DNA from: Chthoniobacteraceae bacterium
GTDB taxonomy: Bacteria > Verrucomicrobiota > Verrucomicrobiia > Chthoniobacterales > Chthoniobacteraceae
Assembly: GCA_031409335.1 (NCBI GenBank)
Contig: JANNWY010000229.1
Location: forward strand, 1-57,068
Direction: 5' to 3'
Length of the DNA: 57,068 bases
Shown: piece after piece, positions 10,159 to 19,579 of the stretch
Numbering within the stretch: position 1 is the first letter of the stretch
Layout of the letters: each line of letters starts with the position of its first letter
Made by a program: the position numbers and the translations under genes
The notes under the pieces: model-generated
What the model was told of the DNA's origin: nothing
Database searches by the model: none
Seen by the model: the letters and a program-made list of their open reading frames with translations, nothing else

Positions 10159-13100
10159 ATGCGTACCCCACTGCTCATCCTCGTTTTCACATCCGTCCTC
10201 CGGGCGGGATTGCGCGCCGACGATTCCGCCGGCATCGAGTTTTTTGAAACGCGCGTCCGCCCCATGCTTGTCGAGCATTGCTACGAATGCCACAGCGCCG
10301 ATGCGAAGAAGCTGAAAGGCAATTTGCGGCTCGACTCGCGCGAGGGCATTTTGCGCGGCGGCGAGACGGGGCCGGCAGCGATCGCGGGCAAGCCGGACGA
10401 AAGTCTGCTGATCGGCGCGGTCCAATATCACGACAAAGATCTGCAAATGCCGCCGCCCAAGGACGACGTCCCGCGGAAACTCAGCGGCCAACGAATCGCG
10501 GATCTGATCGAGTGGGTGAAGATCGGCTTGCCAATGCCCGCCAGCGCGAATCTTCCAAAGGCGGATGCCGCTGCCGCGCACTGGGCTTTTCAACCGCCAA
10601 AAGCCGTCGCATTTCCAGCGGTGAAAGGCGAGGCGTGGGTGAAAACTGGCGTCGATCGTTTCATCCTCGCGAAGCTCGAAACCGCGGGGCTCGCGCCCGC
10701 GCCGGACGCGGATCGACGCACCCTCATTCGCCGCGCGGCGTTCGATCTCACGGGCCTGCCGCCGACAGATCACGAGATGGCGGAATTCCTCGCGGACAGA
10801 TCGCCAGATGCTTTTGGCAAAGTCGTCGAGCGCCTGCTCGCGTCGCCACATTACGGCGAACGGTGGGCTCGCCACTGGCTCGACGTGGCGCGATATGCGG
10901 ACACGAAAGGTTACGTGTACGGGCGCGAAGAACGGTTCTTCGTCCACGCATGGGCGTATCGCGACTGGGTCGTGCGCGCGCTGAACGATGATCTGCCTTA
11001 CGACCGTTTTCTCCTGCTCCAGATCGCCGCGGATCAGCTCGTGCCCGCCGGCTCACCCGATCTCGCCGCGATGGGTTTCATCACCGGCGGCCGCCGCTTC
11101 ATCGGCGTCACGCGCGACATCATTGACGATCGGATCGACGTGGTGACGCGCGGCACGATGGCGCTCACGGCGGCGTGTGCGCGCTGTCACGATCACAAAT
11201 TCGATCCCATCCCGACGCGCGATTATTACTCGCTCTACGGCGTCTTCGCGACGTGCGAGGAGCGGCTCGTGAGCCTCGGCGCGGAATCGACGGATGCCGA
11301 ATTTGTGAAGCACGCGAATAAACTCGCGGACACGATGAAGCAGCGGCGCGACGAAGCGGCGGCCCGGCTGCGCGCCCGCGTGGGCGATTATCTCGCGGCG
11401 CAATCGGAACTTCAGAAATATCCCGAGGAAGGCTTCGACCAAATCCTCACGCCAGACGATCTCATCCCCGCTTCGGTCCGGCGCTGGCGCGATTTTCTGC
11501 ATCGCACGCGGACCACGACCCATCCGATCTTCGCGCCCTGGCATGTGCTCGCAAAGCTGCCCGCGGAATCATTTCAAACGCAGGCGGGTCCGGCGCTCGC
11601 GCAGCTTTTCACCGACCATCGCGCGACGCTGAATCCAGTCGTGGCAACCGCATTCACGACTCCGCCGAGAACCCTGCGCGAAGCCGCGGAGCGATATGGG
11701 AAAATGTTCGCGGAGAGTTCGGACGCGGCGCTTGTGAGCTTTTTGAGTGATCCGCGTTCGCCGACTTCGGTGGCGGACTCGGGCATCATCGACAACGAAC
11801 TTTTCTTCCCAACCAACGCCTGTGAGGAACTGTGGAAGTTGCAGGGTGAAGTGGACCGCTGGCTCATCAAGACGCCCGCATCGCCGCCGCACGCGCTCAT
11901 CCTCGCGGATCGCGAACCGGAGCGAAACCCGCGCGTCTTTATCCGAGGCAACCCCGCGAGACAGGGCGATGAAGTGCCGCGGCAGTTTCTGAAAGTGGTC
12001 GCCGGTCCGGAGCGCCAGACTTTTCAAATGGGAAGCGGACGGCTCGAACTCGCCCGCGCAATCGTGCATCCCGAAAATCCGCTCACCGCGCGCGTGCTGG
12101 TGAATCGCATCTGGCAGCATCACTTCGGGGCCGGGCTGGTTCGCACGCCGAGCGATTTCGGCGTGCGGGCGGATGCGCCGAGTCATCCGGAATTGCTCGA
12201 CTGGCTCGCGCTGGAATTTGTGCGTGCGGGCTGGAGCGTGAAGGCGCTGCACCGGCTCATCATGTCGAGCGCAGTTTATCAGCAGGGCTCCGCTGCCGTT
12301 CCGTCCAGCGATGCGGACAATCGGCTGCTCTCCTCCTTTCCCCGGCAGCGCCTCGACTTCGAGCAAATGCGCGATGCCATGCTCGCAGCGACCGGCGAAC
12401 TCGACACAACGATCGGCGGCAAGCCGGCGGAACTGCTCGCGTCCGCAAACAAACGCCGCACGCTCTACGGACTCGTCGATCGCCAGTTTCTCGCCGGAAC
12501 TTTCCGCGTCTTCGATTTTGCGAATCCCGATATCCACATCGCGCAACGCCACGCGACCACCGTCCCGCAGCAGGCGCTCTTTTTTCTCAATCACACCTTC
12601 GTCGCAAGTCGCGCCCGCGCGCTCGTCTCGCGAGCTGAAGTTGCGAGGGCGACATCGAGTGTTTCCCGCGTGGACCGCCTCTTCCACGCAGTCTTTCAAC
12701 GCAGCCCGACAAACCACGAGATGGCGAATGCGTTTCGCTTTCTCGCCGCTGCGGAAAATGAAGCCGCGACAGCCGAACCGCCGCCCGTGCAGTCGGCGTG
12801 GTCTTATGGCTGGGGCGAATACGACGAGGCCGCGAAGCGCATAAAGACCTTCAACCCGCTCCCGCATTTCACCGGCAAAGCCTGGCAGGGCGGCGCGAAT
12901 TTTCCCGACGGAACGCTTGGCTGGGCGCAACTCACCGCCGAGGGCGGCCACCCGGGAGATGACCGCCAACACGCCTGCATCCGCCGATGGACTGCTCCAC
13001 AGGACACCGTCATTTCGATCTCCGGCGAACTCGTGCATGAGCCAGACGCCGGAGACGGCATCCGCGCCTTCGTCGTCTCCAGTCGGCACGGCGAATTGCG

Positions 13101-13371
13101 CGCCGCGACGGTGCATCACTCGCGCGAGCCGATGACTGCGAGTGGCATCGAGATGAAGCAGGGCGACACGCTCGATTTCATCGTCGATATCCGCGAGGGC
13201 TTAAACAGCGACCAATTCCTCTGGTCGCCCGCGATTTCCGCCGTGGACATAAAGTGGGATGCAAAAAAGGAATTCAACGGCCCGCCGCCGATCACCGCGC
13301 AGCCCCTGAAACCGTGGGAGCAATACGCGCAAGTGCTGCTGCTCTCGAATGAGTTTTCATTCGTGGACTGA
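10159..13371 (+). CDS. Planctomycete cytochrome c / DUF1549 / DUF1553 (PSD1) protein
   Basis: CYECH and CARCH heme motifs, HWAFQPP, YGERWARHWLDVARYADT, NPLTARVLVNRIWQHHFG, SNEFSFVD end. Confidence 0.92.
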   Translation: MRTPLLILVFTSVLRAGLRADDSAGIEFFETRVRPMLVEHCYECHSADAKKLKGNLRLDSREGILRGGETGPAAIAGKPDESLLIGAVQYHDKDLQMPPPKDDVPRKLSGQRIADLIEWVKIGLPMPASANLPKADAAAAHWAFQPPKAVAFPAVKGEAWVKTGVDRFILAKLETAGLAPAPDADRRTLIRRAAFDLTGLPPTDHEMAEFLADRSPDAFGKVVERLLASPHYGERWARHWLDVARYADTKGYVYGREERFFVHAWAYRDWVVRALNDDLPYDRFLLLQIAADQLVPAGSPDLAAMGFITGGRRFIGVTRDIIDDRIDVVTRGTMALTAACARCHDHKFDPIPTRDYYSLYGVFATCEERLVSLGAESTDAEFVKHANKLADTMKQRRDEAAARLRARVGDYLAAQSELQKYPEEGFDQILTPDDLIPASVRRWRDFLHRTRTTTHPIFAPWHVLAKLPAESFQTQAGPALAQLFTDHRATLNPVVATAFTTPPRTLREAAERYGKMFAESSDAALVSFLSDPRSPTSVADSGIIDNELFFPTNACEELWKLQGEVDRWLIKTPASPPHALILADREPERNPRVFIRGNPARQGDEVPRQFLKVVAGPERQTFQMGSGRLELARAIVHPENPLTARVLVNRIWQHHFGAGLVRTPSDFGVRADAPSHPELLDWLALEFVRAGWSVKALHRLIMSSAVYQQGSAAVPSSDADNRLLSSFPRQRLDFEQMRDAMLAATGELDTTIGGKPAELLASANKRRTLYGLVDRQFLAGTFRVFDFANPDIHIAQRHATTVPQQALFFLNHTFVASRARALVSRAEVARATSSVSRVDRLFHAVFQRSPTNHEMANAFRFLAAAENEAATAEPPPVQSAWSYGWGEYDEAAKRIKTFNPLPHFTGKAWQGGANFPDGTLGWAQLTAEGGHPGDDRQHACIRRWTAPQDTVISISGELVHEPDAGDGIRAFVVSSRHGELRAATVHHSREPMTASGIEMKQGDTLDFIVDIREGLNSDQFLWSPAISAVDIKWDAKKEFNGPPPITAQPLKPWEQYAQVLLLSNEFSFVD

Positions 13372-13448
13372 ACGCCAATCCTGCCCGCCGAAGTGACCGG
13401 CAAGTTGAGAACTTGCTGCCGAAGACGGCTCCGGCTAGACGACTTCCC

Positions 13449-13697
13449 GTGCGCTACACCGTCATTCTCACCGATGAAGTCAAAGGAAAGCTGCACGCCT
13501 TGCCGCTCGCGCTGCGCCGGGAGATCGGGCACAAGCTCTTCCTTCTGGAGGAAGACCTGTCCGGCAACGTGAAAAAGCTCAAGGGCTCCAGTAACGAATA
13601 CCGTTTGCGAGTGGGCGACTATCGCGCGCTTTTTACCCTCGAAGGCAAGACCGTGACGATCTATGCTGTAGGCACCCGAAAGGATATTTACCGATGA
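13449..13697 (+). CDS. RelE/ParE-family type II toxin
   Basis: VKKLKG...YRLRVGDYRALF...VGTRKDIYR; GTG start inferred. Confidence 0.88.
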   Translation: MRYTVILTDEVKGKLHALPLALRREIGHKLFLLEEDLSGNVKKLKGSSNEYRLRVGDYRALFTLEGKTVTIYAVGTRKDIYR

Positions 13698-13894
13698 ATT
13701 CTACGCTTCCTAAATCCAAACCCGTCGTGGCGGACATCGACAAACAAATCCGCCGGGGGAAAGCGGTGCTACGCGAACTGAAGACCACGCTGGAAGACCT
13801 TGAAGACCGCCGCGAACTGGCCGCCGCCCGCAAGCGCAACGGCGGCAAACCCGGCACATCCCTGCGTCAGGCTGCGAAGGAACTGGGGCTGTAA
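13694..13894 (+). CDS. Putative antitoxin (66 aa)
   Basis: ATGA overlap with the toxin; LEDLEDRRELAAAR...SLRQAAKELGL resembles small RelE-partner antitoxins. Confidence 0.72.
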   Translation: MNSTLPKSKPVVADIDKQIRRGKAVLRELKTTLEDLEDRRELAAARKRNGGKPGTSLRQAAKELGL

Positions 13895-14135
13895 TCCAAA
13901 TTCGCGGGAGGCAATTTCCTCGTCACCAAGTTGGGCGTGAGCGGGGCCGGACTTTGCCTCGACCGCGTTGGTGATGGCTTCGGGAGGATTGAAGATTTGG
14001 ACAGCTTCATCCTGCGGCAAGCGGGCCAGCGCGGATGGCTATGCACTTTTCCCGCTCGCCAATCGAGCGGTGAGCCGCAATTCGCGCAACTTTTCCTTGG
14101 TGGATTCGCGGACTCGCGGGTCGTAAATGTTGACC

Positions 14136-15554
14136 ATGCGTTTTCCTCACCCGCATCCCTTGCCCCTTACCCGCCGCGACTTTCTGCGCCGGTGCGGGAT
14201 GGGCATGGGGGCGCTGGGTTTTGCCCAGACGCTTGGGGCGGCGGAGGTCAATGCGGGGCGGAATCCGCTCGCCGCGCATGCGCCGCATTTCGCGCCGCGG
14301 GCGAAACGGGTGATCCACTTTTTCCTGAACGGTGGGCCTTCGCATGTCGATACGTTCGATCCGAAGCCGGCGCTCGCGAAATACGCGGGGCAGCCGCTGC
14401 CGAGTGAAAATTTGCGGACGGAGCGGAAGACGGGCGCGGCGTTTCCTTCGCCGTTCCAGTTTCAGCGATACGGGCAGAGCGGTCTCGAAATTAGCGAGCT
14501 GTTTGCGAAGACGGCGGCGCACGCGGACGACATCGCGGTCATTCGCTCGATGGTCGCGCAGGTGCCGAATCATGAGCCTTCGCTGATGCTGATGAATTGC
14601 GGCGACTCCGTGCAGGCGCGCCCGAGTGTCGGGGCGTGGGTGCTTTACGGGCTCGGCACGGAGAACCAGAATCTGCCCGGCTTCGTTTCGATGTGTCCCG
14701 GCGGCTACCCGATCAAGGATGCGGAAAACTGGCAGTCGGGCTTTCTGCCGGGCGTGTATCAGGGGACGTTCATCGACCCGCAACACACCGATGTCGGCAA
14801 GCTCATCGAAAACATTCGGAGCCCGCACGCGACGACGGCGATCCAGCGCCGGCAGCTCGATCTGTTGCGCGAGATGAATGCCGCGCACCGCGAATCGCGC
14901 GCGGACGATCCGCGGCTGGACGCGCGCATCCAATCGTTCGAGCTGGCGTTCCGGATGCAGATGGAGGCGACCGATGCCTTCGACGTTTCACGCGAACCCG
15001 CGCAGGTGCGCGCGGCCTACGGCGAGCATGTGCATGGCCGCCAGACGCTGATCGCGCGGCGCTTACTCGAGCGCGGCGTCCGCTTCGTGCAGCTCTGGCA
15101 CGGCGCGGGGCAGCCTTGGGATCATCACGAAAATATCGAGGCGAATCTGCGCACGCATTGCGGCCAGATCGACGGGCCGATCGCGGCGTTGCTCGCGGAT
15201 TTGAAACAGCGCGGGATGCTCGAAGACACGCTCGTTTTGTGGGGCGGCGAGTTTGGGAGAACGCCGACGGTCGAGCTGAACGACACTGGGAAATCCAAGC
15301 TCGGGCGCGATCACAATCACTATGGATTCAGCGTGTGGATGGCGGGTGGTGGGATTCGCGGCGGCACCGTCTATGGCGCGACGGATGAGTTCGGATTTCG
15401 CGCGGTCGAGAATCGCGCGACGGTCCACGATCTGCACGCGACGATGCTGCACTGCCTCGGCTTTGATCACGAGCAACTCACCTATCGCCACGCAGGGCGC
15501 GACTTCCGGCTCACGGACGTGGAAGGCAGTGCGATCACGCAGATCCTCGTCTGA
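14136..15554 (+). CDS. DUF1501 family protein (Tat signal)
   Basis: TRRDFL, AKRVIHFFLNGGPSHVDTFDPKP, WGGEFGRTP, GRDHN. Confidence 0.93.
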   Translation: MRFPHPHPLPLTRRDFLRRCGMGMGALGFAQTLGAAEVNAGRNPLAAHAPHFAPRAKRVIHFFLNGGPSHVDTFDPKPALAKYAGQPLPSENLRTERKTGAAFPSPFQFQRYGQSGLEISELFAKTAAHADDIAVIRSMVAQVPNHEPSLMLMNCGDSVQARPSVGAWVLYGLGTENQNLPGFVSMCPGGYPIKDAENWQSGFLPGVYQGTFIDPQHTDVGKLIENIRSPHATTAIQRRQLDLLREMNAAHRESRADDPRLDARIQSFELAFRMQMEATDAFDVSREPAQVRAAYGEHVHGRQTLIARRLLERGVRFVQLWHGAGQPWDHHENIEANLRTHCGQIDGPIAALLADLKQRGMLEDTLVLWGGEFGRTPTVELNDTGKSKLGRDHNHYGFSVWMAGGGIRGGTVYGATDEFGFRAVENRATVHDLHATMLHCLGFDHEQLTYRHAGRDFRLTDVEGSAITQILV

Positions 15555-15569
15555 ATTTTCGCGCGTCGT

Positions 15570-16985
15570 TCATGGCGCCGGCGGTTGCGGCGCGGTCACG
15601 ACCGCTTCGAGTTGCGTGGGCAAAGGCTGGAGAGTGGCGCGGTGTTTTTCGATGGCGGCAGCCAATTCCGCGAGCACATCGGGATGCTGCGCGGCGACAT
15701 TGAAACTCTCGCCGGGGTCGGCTTGCACATCGAAGAGCAGCGGCGGGTCATGCGCCTCGGGCTTCGGCGTGCCGTAGCCGGGCTGGGTGAAAAGGTGCGC
15801 CTTCCATTTCCCGAGACGCACCGCGAAAAGCTGCGCGCCGCGGTAGAAGAAAAACGCGTCGCGTTTCACCGGACTAGCGCCGGTGAGCAGCGGCAGGATG
15901 TCGAGTCCGTCGAGCGCGCGGTCGGTGGGGAGCTTTGCCCCGGCGAGCGCGCTGCACGTGGGAAAGAAATCCATCATCGTCGCGACCTCACGGCAGACGC
16001 TGCCGGCGGGCACTTTTCCCGGCCACCACGCGATGCCCGGCACGCGCATCCCGCCTTCCCAGGTCGAGCCTTTGCCATTGCGCAGCAGCCCGGCGCTGCC
16101 GCCCGCGAGGCCGCGGACCAGCCACGGGCCATTGTCGCTGCTGAAGAAGACGAGTGTGTTTTTGTCGAGCCCCTCGCTGCGCAGCGTGTCGAGGATCTGG
16201 CCGACGCTCCAGTCGAGTTCCTCGACCACATCGCCGTAGCGTCCGCGCGGGCTTTTGTCGCGGAACTGATCCGACGCGAACAGCGGCGTGTGCGGAAAGG
16301 TGTGCGGCAAATAGAGGAAGAACGGCCCGGCCTTTTTCTCGCGGATGAATTTCACCGCGCGCTCGGTGTAGCGGCGCGTGAGCGTGGTCTGATCGGCGGG
16401 CTGCTCGACGAGTTTCTCCCCTTCAAAAAGCGGCGCACTCCACCACTGCGGATCCGGGTTCGTGCTGTTGTCCTCGTCTTTCGGCTTGGCGGCGACGGGG
16501 TTCATGTCGTTCGAGTGCGGCAGGCCGAAGTGGATCTCGAAGCCGTGTTTCCGCGGATGCCCCGCCGGGTTGTTCATCCAGTTTCCGAGATGCCATTTGC
16601 CGATGAGCGCAGTCGCGTAGCCCTGCCCCTTCAACTGCTCCGCGAGCGTGATTTCCTCGTCCGGCAAATGCCCCATCGACTCCCGCCGCAGCACGCGGAA
16701 GCGGTCGTGGCACATCCCGCTCCGCACCGCATATCGCCCGGTGAGCAACGCCGCGCGACTCGGCGTGCAGACTTCCGCCGCGGAGTAAAAATCTGTGAAC
16801 CGCATCCCTTCCGCCGCCATGCGATCGAGATTCGGCGTGCGCACGCTGGGATGCCCGTAGCAGCCAAGGTCGGCGTAGCCGAGATCGTCGGCGAGGATGA
16901 TGATGAAGTTCGGTTTCGGCTCAGCGCAATGGGCGGCGCAGAGCGAGAGGAGGAGCGTGGTGAAAAAGCGCGCGAGTGTTTTCAT
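15570..16985 (-). CDS. Arylsulfatase A-like sulfatase
   Basis: PNFIIILADDLGYAD, CTPSR motif, GKWHLG, SDNGPW. Confidence 0.92.
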   Translation of the reverse strand: MKTLARFFTTLLLSLCAAHCAEPKPNFIIILADDLGYADLGCYGHPSVRTPNLDRMAAEGMRFTDFYSAAEVCTPSRAALLTGRYAVRSGMCHDRFRVLRRESMGHLPDEEITLAEQLKGQGYATALIGKWHLGNWMNNPAGHPRKHGFEIHFGLPHSNDMNPVAAKPKDEDNSTNPDPQWWSAPLFEGEKLVEQPADQTTLTRRYTERAVKFIREKKAGPFFLYLPHTFPHTPLFASDQFRDKSPRGRYGDVVEELDWSVGQILDTLRSEGLDKNTLVFFSSDNGPWLVRGLAGGSAGLLRNGKGSTWEGGMRVPGIAWWPGKVPAGSVCREVATMMDFFPTCSALAGAKLPTDRALDGLDILPLLTGASPVKRDAFFFYRGAQLFAVRLGKWKAHLFTQPGYGTPKPEAHDPPLLFDVQADPGESFNVAAQHPDVLAELAAAIEKHRATLQPLPTQLEAVVTAPQPPAP

Positions 16986-17132
16986 AGAGAAAGGTGCGGC
17001 CTTCTTCTGGGCCAACTTCCGCAGCGTTTCGAGCCGCATCTTCACCGACTGACTCCGGTCACTTTCCTCTCGCCATGCCTCACGGTTCCGTAGTCTGCCA
17101 GGCGAGCTTCGCGGAACGGGCACCCCGAAAAT

Positions 17133-17215
17133 TGTTACGCGCTTTCAGCGCCGATGCGCGGCGGATTGCAATCCCAGAGCGTTGCCCTGGCCAGTCGAAT
17201 TTCAGCCCTTCGGGC
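17133..17215. repeat. Degenerate single arm of the REP-like element at 21595-21788
   Basis: cgcgctttcagcgc ... atcccagagcgttgccctgg ... gcccttcgggc follows the three-motif right arm of that element. Confidence 0.55.
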
Positions 17216-17250
17216 AGCGGAATTTTTTCCACCTCGAAAGCGAATCGGAA

Positions 17251-19455
17251 CTAGAACGTTCCAGCCGCTTTTCTCCCCACCCAAAACACGCCGAGCAGCA
17301 ACACGATCAATCCCGCCCAAGCCGGATGCGCCCAGAGTTGCACGCGGCGCTCTTGTAACTCCGGCTGCGGCAGCGCAGCGATGGCGGCGATGACGTCCGC
17401 CGGATTGGCGCTTTCCATCATGCGGCCGCGGGTGAGTTGGGAGATTTCGCGGAGCACGTCGAGCTTGGCGGGCTGGCCGCGTTTTTCGCGGCTCGTGCCT
17501 TGCACGGAGATCGTGGCATCGAGCGCGGAGCCGGCGTCGGCGCAGGAAAGGCGGACGGTGTGTTCGCCGGGTTCGGTCGGCGTGAAGACGGCGGTGAAAA
17601 GCCCCCACGCTTCCTCGCCCGGCGGATTCATGCGCACGCTCGATGTTTTCCCGGATGGTCCCGTGATCTGCGCGATGACCGCGCCGTCGCGCAAGGGTTC
17701 GCCGGTGAGGCTGGTCACATTGGCATTCAGCGTGAGCGCGCTGCCGGCGAGGGGGCGGTCGGGCGAGTAGAAGAGGCGCATCTTTTCGCCCTGCGACATG
17801 TTCCGCTGATAAGCCATCCAGCGCACGACCTGGCCCCAGAAGCGGTAGTGATATTTGTCCTCCACCCCCTTGCGCCAGCGCCATGCGCCGTCGGTGCCCA
17901 TGAACAGGATTTTCCCCGAGCCGTAAGTCTTCGTGACGATGAGCGGCACGCGTCCGAAACGGTTCGTCTCCGTCGCGTGCGTCGCGAGGATTTCCGAGCC
18001 GGCTTTCGCGCGGATGGCGGGCGCATACCATTGGAAACCGGGAAGCGTTTGCCACACCCGCGCGCTGGCTTCGTCGGTGTCTTCCAGCTTCGTGAGCAGG
18101 CTGCGCGCGCCGGATTCCGTGAGCGCAAATCTGCCCGGCGAGGATGTGCCCCAGCCGCGCGGCTGCGTTTCGTCCCACACGATCGGGATGAGTTCCGCGA
18201 GCGCGGTGCCTTGCAGCGTCGCTTCGTTGCCGCGCAGGCCGGGCATGAAGACGAGCCCGCCCGCTTGATCGCGCACGAGTTTTTGCAAAGCGGCGCACTG
18301 CTCCATCGTGAGCTGGCCTTTCGCCGTGCCCACGTCGCCGAGGAAAACCACGTCGTATTTCGTCAGCTCCTCGTCCTTCGGCATCGCCGGGAGATAGCCG
18401 CGACCTGCGCCGGGTTTTTCGAGGTCGGGTTGGAAAAGGAGGCAGTTCAGGGACACGCCCGGATCGCGCTCCAGCGCGTTGCGCAGGTAGCGATATTCCC
18501 AGCGCGGATAGGACTCGACGATCAGCACGCGCAGTTGCTCTTTGCGAATCGCGAGCGGCGCTTCGATCGCGTTGTTTTCCATGAAACGCTCCGCGCCCGT
18601 CTTGGGCACCGTCAGCGTCACTTTCACGTCGCCGGGCTTGTCCGGCTTCCAGGTGATCGCATCCTGCAAACGGCTCATCGCCGGGATGACGACGGATTTC
18701 GTCACGACTTCGCCGGTCGAGGATTTCATCTCGATCGTCGCCGCCTCATCGCGCGGCAGCGAACTCTCGATGCTGAACGGCATCCGCAGCGGCTTGCCCG
18801 CGATGGCGAAAGTCGGCACGTCGAAACTCGTCAGCTCCACATCCGGCAGGCGCGTCTCGGCCCCGAGCGGCACGGCGAAGACCGGCACCTCGCGCATCCG
18901 CAATCGCGTCGCCGCCTGCGCGGGTGCTTCGCCGCTGTTCCAGTCGCCGTCGCTGAGCAGCACCACTGCGTGGAGTCGCGGATGTTTTTCCGCCGCCGCG
19001 AGCAGCGCGCCATTGATGTCCGTGCCTTCCTCGGGAGGTTCCTGGCTGGAGGAAAAAGATTCCACCGCGATTTCCATGCGCTCGGAGATTTCGCGCCACG
19101 CCGCGATGTCGCTCAGCGGTTTGGCGAGGTCCGCGCGTGACTTTGGTTCGGCGGAAGGATTTGCGGAATCAATCACGTCGCGGGTCTCCATCGAGTGCGA
19201 CGTGTCGTTCAGGATCAGCAGCGTCGGTTTGCTCTCCGGCTTGAAAACTTCGCGCCACTCCGGCTGGTTCAGGGTCACCGCGATGGCTGCCGCGATCAGC
19301 ACGCGCAGCGCCTCCAGCACGCCCGTGGAAGTGCGAAAACCGCTGCGTCGCCACGCCATGAATGCGAGCCCGGCGATCACCAGCACGAACACAATGCCGA
19401 CCGTGAGTGAGGTCGGCGTTTGCGTGAAAACGAGGGATTGGCTCGCGGGTTTCAT
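17251..19455 (-). CDS. Membrane protein with vWA-like and glutamine-amidotransferase-like domains (MoxR operon)
   Basis: N- and C-terminal TM segments, DTSHSM, LLSDGD, PRWEYRYLRNAL, WRWR...HYRFWGQ. Confidence 0.82.
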   Translation of the reverse strand: MKPASQSLVFTQTPTSLTVGIVFVLVIAGLAFMAWRRSGFRTSTGVLEALRVLIAAAIAVTLNQPEWREVFKPESKPTLLILNDTSHSMETRDVIDSANPSAEPKSRADLAKPLSDIAAWREISERMEIAVESFSSSQEPPEEGTDINGALLAAAEKHPRLHAVVLLSDGDWNSGEAPAQAATRLRMREVPVFAVPLGAETRLPDVELTSFDVPTFAIAGKPLRMPFSIESSLPRDEAATIEMKSSTGEVVTKSVVIPAMSRLQDAITWKPDKPGDVKVTLTVPKTGAERFMENNAIEAPLAIRKEQLRVLIVESYPRWEYRYLRNALERDPGVSLNCLLFQPDLEKPGAGRGYLPAMPKDEELTKYDVVFLGDVGTAKGQLTMEQCAALQKLVRDQAGGLVFMPGLRGNEATLQGTALAELIPIVWDETQPRGWGTSSPGRFALTESGARSLLTKLEDTDEASARVWQTLPGFQWYAPAIRAKAGSEILATHATETNRFGRVPLIVTKTYGSGKILFMGTDGAWRWRKGVEDKYHYRFWGQVVRWMAYQRNMSQGEKMRLFYSPDRPLAGSALTLNANVTSLTGEPLRDGAVIAQITGPSGKTSSVRMNPPGEEAWGLFTAVFTPTEPGEHTVRLSCADAGSALDATISVQGTSREKRGQPAKLDVLREISQLTRGRMMESANPADVIAAIAALPQPELQERRVQLWAHPAWAGLIVLLLGVFWVGRKAAGTF

Positions 19456-19579
19456 CGTCCTCGTCCTCCTACTCGTCCTCGAAACATCGTTGCCGGCATA
19501 TTCGCGCTCAAAGTCGTTGCACCTCCGCTGGGACCGCTTCCTTCGAGGACGAGTAGGAGTAGGAGGACGAGGACGAATT
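19455..19579. repeat. Inverted pair of GAGGAC/GAGTAG hexamer arrays with no cargo gene
   Basis: Arms at 19455-19483 and 19542-19579 around a loop of about 58 bp. Confidence 0.9.
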
